DNA of 64,000 nt from Sphingomonadales bacterium (GTDB lineage: Bacteria > Pseudomonadota > Alphaproteobacteria > Sphingomonadales > Sphingomonadaceae): positions 8,316-72,315 of the forward strand of contig JANXSN010000037.1 of assembly GCA_025352685.1 (NCBI GenBank), read 5' to 3'. Position numbers and translations under genes: made by a program. The notes beneath the pieces were generated by a model, which worked only from the letters and a program-made list of their open reading frames with translations, had not been told where the DNA came from and ran no database searches. Below are positions 59,298 through 64,000 of the stretch, piece by piece (position 1 is the stretch's first letter; every line of letters starts with the position of its first letter).

Positions 59298-60542
59298 TTA
59301 TTCGCTTCGGAGCGCCTCGATCGGCGACAAGCGGGACGCGCGGATTGCAGGGTAGCTCCCAAAGGCAAGGCCGATACATGCTGAGAACAGGACCGCCCCG
59401 ACCGCTGTCGACAGGCTAACGACGACAGGAAAGTCGAGCGCGTTGGCCAGGACGACCGACAGTCCCGCAGCGAGCGCAAGGCCTATACACCCGCCAATGA
59501 CGCACAGCACTGCGGCCTCGACCAGAAACTGGTTGCGGATGTCGCTGCGCTTTGCGCCGAGCGCCATCCGGAGACCGATTTCGCGGGTGCGTTCAGTCAC
59601 GCTGACCAGCATGATGTTCATGATGCCGATGCCGCCCACCAGCAAGCTGATCGAAGCGATAGCGACCAGTACGCCTTGAAACACCGAGGTCACCAGCCCC
59701 GATTGCTTCATGAACTCCTCGGTGGTGTTGATGGTGAACGGGCTGATTTCGCCCTTAGGCACGTTGTTTCGAGCACGGAGCACGCGAACCATGTTCTTCT
59801 TGGCGTCGGCCAGATCGATGCCATCATCGAACCCGACGAACAAGACATGGAGATCGTCCGGCCCTTGCGTGGCCGCGCTGGCAAAACGTTGCCGCGCCGT
59901 CGAAATGGGCACCAGGGCCAAATCATCGTTGTCGTTGCCGAAACTGCTGCCCTTGCTGGCGAGCACGCCGATGATCACGAAAGGTACCCGGTTGACGCGG
60001 ACGCTTTGCCCAAGTGGGTCAAAGCTACCGAATAATTTTGTTGCGACGCTCGGACCTACGACGATAACGCGAGCAGCAGTGCGGACATCGGCTTCACCGA
60101 TCATACGCCCGGTATCGATGTCTACATTCGCGACGCGGCCATAGTCCGGAGTGACCCCCACCGTCGTAGTCGTTGTGTTGTGGCCCTGGATCACGAGCTG
60201 GACTGTCGAGCGCAACTGAGGGGCCATCCCGCTCACCCCGGGAACGAGGCGCTGGATCGCAACGGCGTCGCGCTCTGTCAGCCGGCCGCGATCCACGACA
60301 CGTCGCGCTCCGCGGTTCTCGGGCTGCGGAAAGACGATCGCCATGTTTGAGCCAAGCGAGTTAATCGAATCCATGACACTGATCTTTGCTCCGTCGCCGA
60401 CCGCAACGGCCAAAATCACCGCGAGCACGCCGATCGTCACGCCTAACGTTGTCAGGATCGATCGCATCATGTTCGTCCGCAACGCAGTGAGCGCGATCGC
60501 GATGTTGATACCCCATCCGGCAAACGTTCGGGCGACATTCAT
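59298..60542 (-). CDS. ABC transporter permease, MacB/FtsX type
   Basis: 414 aa. N-terminal TM, large periplasmic domain, C-terminal FtsX-like 3-TM bundle (REIGLRMALGA). Confidence 0.88.
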   Translation of the reverse strand: MNVARTFAGWGINIAIALTALRTNMMRSILTTLGVTIGVLAVILAVAVGDGAKISVMDSINSLGSNMAIVFPQPENRGARRVVDRGRLTERDAVAIQRLVPGVSGMAPQLRSTVQLVIQGHNTTTTTVGVTPDYGRVANVDIDTGRMIGEADVRTAARVIVVGPSVATKLFGSFDPLGQSVRVNRVPFVIIGVLASKGSSFGNDNDDLALVPISTARQRFASAATQGPDDLHVLFVGFDDGIDLADAKKNMVRVLRARNNVPKGEISPFTINTTEEFMKQSGLVTSVFQGVLVAIASISLLVGGIGIMNIMLVSVTERTREIGLRMALGAKRSDIRNQFLVEAAVLCVIGGCIGLALAAGLSVVLANALDFPVVVSLSTAVGAVLFSACIGLAFGSYPAIRASRLSPIEALRSE

Positions 60543-61258
60543 GGCAAGCGCCGCCGGTCTGCTACGGGCGCATCTTCGATCACCCGTCCGTCGCGAAAGA
60601 CGATGCGGCGCGCGGCATATTGGGCGACATCGGGTTCATGTGTGACGACGATGACGGTAATACCATCGTCGTTAAGCCGCTGAAAAATATTCATTATCTC
60701 GTCGGACGTCACGGTATCGAGCGCGCCTGTCGGCTCGTCGGCGAGCAACATCAACGGCTCGGTGACGAGCGCGCGAGCGATGGCAACGCGTTGTTGCTGC
60801 CCGCCCGAGAGTTTGGCCGGCGTATGTCCCAGGCGGTCCGAAAGCCCCATGCTGGAGAGGGTCTTTGCAGCACGCTCGCGGCGCTCGGTGCCGTTTAGGC
60901 CAGCATACACCAGCGGCGTTGCGACATTGTCGAGCGCCGTCGTGCGCGCCAGGAGATTGAATTGTTGAAACACAAAGCCGATGTTCTTGTTGCGGATTCC
61001 TGCAAGCTGGTCGCTCGTAAGGCCACCGACATCGACGCCATCGAGCAACAAGGTGCCGCTCGTGGGCAGGTCGAGCGCGCCAATCATGTTCATGAACGTC
61101 GATTTGCCCGAACCGCTCGCGCCCATGATCGCGACGAATTCGCCGCGGGCGATGCTCAACGATACGTCGGCCACTGCATGGACCGTCTCGCCGCCAAGCA
61201 CATAATTCTTGACCAGGTGCCGCGTTTCCAAAAGCGGGACATCATTTGATGTCGGCAT
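60539..61258 (-). CDS. ABC transporter ATP-binding protein (MacB/LolD type)
   Basis: Walker A GASGSGKST, signature LSGGQQQRVAIARAL, Walker B LLADEPTGALD. Confidence 0.93.
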   Translation of the reverse strand: MPTSNDVPLLETRHLVKNYVLGGETVHAVADVSLSIARGEFVAIMGASGSGKSTFMNMIGALDLPTSGTLLLDGVDVGGLTSDQLAGIRNKNIGFVFQQFNLLARTTALDNVATPLVYAGLNGTERRERAAKTLSSMGLSDRLGHTPAKLSGGQQQRVAIARALVTEPLMLLADEPTGALDTVTSDEIMNIFQRLNDDGITVIVVTHEPDVAQYAARRIVFRDGRVIEDAPVADRRRLP

Positions 61259-62513
61259 CGTCGCTCTCGTCCGCGGCGTCCTCGTTGGTAAGTTTTTTCA
61301 CTGTCGATTTGCTGCGGACGATGATCTTCTCCCCTAGGTTGAGGCCTCGTGTAACCTCGACAAAGTCTTCGCCCTGCAAACCCAGTTTTACGATGCGGCG
61401 TTCGGGCTTGTACGGATCCGACGTCGCGACAAAAAGATAGATCGTCCCGGTGGGCGGTACCTTAGTCTTGGGCCGGTCGCCGCTGTGGGGGCGGAAACGC
61501 AGCGCCGTCGTTGGGGCGCGCACAACGTTGAACTTTTGGCCCGTGATTATTTCTACATTTGCCGTCATCCCAGGCAACAGCTTGCCGTTCTTGTTGTCGA
61601 CATCGAGGATCACCAGGTAGCTAACGACGTTTTGCGTTTCCGTCGCCGCTTTGCGGATTTGGCGGACTGTCGCAGCAAACACCTCGCCAGGGTAGCTGTC
61701 GACGGTAAACGATACTGTCTGGCGCTCGCGAACTTGCCCGATATCGGCCTCATCAACCGAAGCCTCGACCTGCATTCGCGTAGTGTCAGCGGCAATTTCG
61801 AACAAGTTCGGCGTCTGGAAACTGGCCGCAACGGTCGTCCCCGGCTCAACCAGCTTGTTGATGACGACGCCAGACGCCGGTGCGACGATCGTTGTGCGGC
61901 TGAGGTCGAGTAACGCCGAGGCCAGTTCGGCATTGGCCTGAGCGATTTGGGCGCGTGCGCTGGCAACCTGCGCAGCAGCTGTTCGCGTCCCGGCGCGGGC
62001 CGAGGCGAGCGAACTGCTCGCGGTGTCAAGCCCCGATTTGGACACAAACCCGCGCTCGGCAAGCTGCGCCCGGCGCCCATACTCGCGTTCTTGAATGAGG
62101 ATATCGGTGCCGGCCCGCGATACCGACGCTTGCGCCTGTGCCAGAGATGCCTCTGCGGTCGCGACGCCAGCGCGCGCCTGCTGAGCGCGGGCATTTAAAC
62201 GGGTGGGGTCAATTTCGGCCAGCACCTGTCCCCTTGTGACCGGCGAGTTGAAGTCGACATAGACCTTTGTGATTTGACCAGAGACTTCGGCGCCGACCTT
62301 GATTGTGTTGAGTGCACGCAATTTGCCACTGGCAGTAACACGGCGGACGACTTGGCCCCGGTCGGCTGACTGCATCACATATTCATAGGTTTTTGGCCTT
62401 GGACGAAAAATGAAGAACAAGCCCAGGAGCAGGAGGACGCCGATGGCGATCGACCATTTGGGGTGAAGCTTGATCCACGCACGCATCCGTCCCAACATCG
62501 ACACCCCGCTCAA
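61242..62513 (-). CDS. efflux periplasmic adaptor subunit (HlyD/MacA family)
   Basis: N-terminal TM, long coiled-coil (AQQARAGVATAEASLAQAQ...), beta-barrel blocks (IVAPASGVVI). Confidence 0.85.
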   Translation of the reverse strand: MSGVSMLGRMRAWIKLHPKWSIAIGVLLLLGLFFIFRPRPKTYEYVMQSADRGQVVRRVTASGKLRALNTIKVGAEVSGQITKVYVDFNSPVTRGQVLAEIDPTRLNARAQQARAGVATAEASLAQAQASVSRAGTDILIQEREYGRRAQLAERGFVSKSGLDTASSSLASARAGTRTAAAQVASARAQIAQANAELASALLDLSRTTIVAPASGVVINKLVEPGTTVAASFQTPNLFEIAADTTRMQVEASVDEADIGQVRERQTVSFTVDSYPGEVFAATVRQIRKAATETQNVVSYLVILDVDNKNGKLLPGMTANVEIITGQKFNVVRAPTTALRFRPHSGDRPKTKVPPTGTIYLFVATSDPYKPERRIVKLGLQGEDFVEVTRGLNLGEKIIVRSKSTVKKLTNEDAADESDDADIK

Positions 62514-62570
62514 CCCTAAAACCTATCTTAGCGGGGCAGGACAGTGGCCGCCAGCGCAATCGGCCGGTCG

Positions 62571-63320
62571 CTATCTGAATTCCGGATTGCGCTTTGCCAG
62601 GAATGCCGCCGCACCTTCCTTGTAGTCCGCGCCTTCGAACGCCTCGGCGAACATCGCAAGGGATTGAGCATCGTCGTCGGCCTGTCCATCGAGAATACGG
62701 CGTATCATCGTCTTGGAATGACGCTGGCTATGAAGCGAATTGGCGGTAATCGCGTGCGTCAGCTCGTCCGGACTATCGGCAATCACGTCGACCAAGCCGA
62801 TCCGTAATGCTTCGTCTGCACTCAACAGCGCACCTGTAAACAGGATCCGCTTCGCCTGCCCGGGTCCGACCAGATCGAGCAGCAGCTTTGTATCGTGGAG
62901 CGGGTAGACAAGACCGAGTTTTGCCGCGGTAATACCAAAACGAGCCCTCGGTGTTGCCACCCGTATGTCGCAGGCTAGTGCCATCCCGCATCCGCCGCCG
63001 ACACAATCACCGTCGACGAACGCAACGACGGGTCGGTCGGCGCGCGCGAGCCGGTACTGCGCCGCGTTGATCGCTGTCTGGTTGGTAGCGCGCCATTCGA
63101 CGTCGTCGGCGTTGGCAGACAGTTCGCCAATGTCGGCGCCGGCACAGAACATACCTGCGCGCGCGGACGTCAGCACGACGGCACGGACATGTCGTTTGGC
63201 TTCCGCCTCGGCAATCAGCTCGGGAATTGCCTTGAACATCGCCGTCGTCATGGCGTTGCGTTTCAACGGGCGATCAATCAACAACCGCGCTATCCCGCCC
63301 ATCACTTCGAGGCGCATCAT
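62571..63320 (-). CDS. enoyl-CoA hydratase/isomerase family protein
   Basis: NAMT..., FCAGADI, FVDGDCVGGGCGMALACD. Confidence 0.85.
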   Translation of the reverse strand: MMRLEVMGGIARLLIDRPLKRNAMTTAMFKAIPELIAEAEAKRHVRAVVLTSARAGMFCAGADIGELSANADDVEWRATNQTAINAAQYRLARADRPVVAFVDGDCVGGGCGMALACDIRVATPRARFGITAAKLGLVYPLHDTKLLLDLVGPGQAKRILFTGALLSADEALRIGLVDVIADSPDELTHAITANSLHSQRHSKTMIRRILDGQADDDAQSLAMFAEAFEGADYKEGAAAFLAKRNPEFR

Positions 63321-63407
63321 GGCAACATAACCCTTTTTCGTTGTCCATCAGCGGACGGATTGCTGGACACGCTTGGCCGGGAGGCGCGCTGGCGCGGGGT
63401 GGGGTGC

Positions 63408-64000
63408 CTAGCCATGGCGAAACCGGATGGCCGACCTGATCACATGTCCGCTGTCAGCTTGTACGAGCAGGCCGCGCTCGGCAACATGCGGCTGGTCGAG
63501 AGCTTCGCGGAAATCGAGGACCGGTGAAAACGCGACGTTCTTGTCGGCAAACCATGTGACCCATTCGTCGCGGGTTCGGGTTGCGAACGTGGCCGTCAGG
63601 AAATCGACCAGGGCATGCTGCTCGCCTGCCGGGCGCAATGCCAGTGCGGTAAGTTCCGGCCGCCCGAGCGCGGCCATCAGATTAGCAACGAATTTTTCTT
63701 CGCGTCCGCCGAGCACGACGTGGCGGGCATCGCGAGTGGCGTAGACCTGATAAAAGGCCGCGCCGCCGAGCGAGCGCTGGCTTGCCGAACGGGGCGCTTC
63801 GCCACCCTGGATTGCTAAGCCGACCGTATGCGCGCACCACGGCATAAGGCTGTCGAACATGGCGCAATCGACATAGTCACCTTGACCGCTCTTCTCCCGC
63901 CCGATCAGCGCCATAAGCACGGCGGAAAGCCCAGTAAGTCCCGCTGCGAGATCGGCGCTTGGCACCCCAGGGACGACGGGCGTGCCTTCGACGCTATCGT
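63408..64000 (-). CDS. family III CoA-transferase (CaiB/BaiF), C-terminal part (5' end outside window)
   Basis: The frame stays open to the window edge (...VPGVPSADLAAGLTGLSAVLMAL, GQGDYVDCAMFDS). Confidence 0.8.
   Translation of the reverse strand, partial: DSVEGTPVVPGVPSADLAAGLTGLSAVLMALIGREKSGQGDYVDCAMFDSLMPWCAHTVGLAIQGGEAPRSASQRSLGGAAFYQVYATRDARHVVLGGREEKFVANLMAALGRPELTALALRPAGEQHALVDFLTATFATRTRDEWVTWFADKNVAFSPVLDFREALDQPHVAERGLLVQADSGHVIRSAIRFRHG

Overview
This is a dense, high-G+C chromosomal core segment. Its gene content points to an alphaproteobacterium, probably sphingomonad-like: ctrA, an HWE/HisKA_2-type histidine kinase, a DUF4167 gene downstream of hisS-prfA-prmC, a SahR-metF-split-metH operon, and groESL with CIRCE. 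That assignment is inference only; no search was run. I call about 60 protein-coding genes, 2 clear multi-lesion pseudogenes (a tyrosine-phosphatase family gene and wrbA) and 1 possible unidentified gene remnant. I saw no rRNA, tRNA, CRISPR array, transposase, integrase or prophage signature. The functional blocks are translation termination, the chaperonin, methionine synthesis, PDH E2/E3, a branched-chain 2-oxoacid dehydrogenase with beta-oxidation-type enzymes, and a MacAB-type exporter. Four things stand out. (i) A translationally coupled operon at 28912-32868 (minus strand) encodes a circularly permuted ATP-grasp, an alpha-E protein, a transglutaminase-like protein and an Anbu proteasome homologue. 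This quartet has been noted computationally, but its function is unresolved. Here the transglutaminase nucleophile Cys appears replaced by Thr. The operon lies tail-to-tail with the N-degron transferase gene bpt and head-to-head with a YqcI/YcgG + DUF1989 gene pair. (ii) An untracked 47-codon hydrophobic ORF sits behind a near-consensus sigma-54 promoter in an AT-rich island downstream of the exporter. (iii) An 11+11 palindrome overlaps a well-spaced promoter that would make the sahR mRNA leaderless. (iv) Three decayed genes lie in otherwise intact core DNA. All protein identifications come from motif recognition by eye. Many start codons are ambiguous because the ORF track reports the longest ORF.
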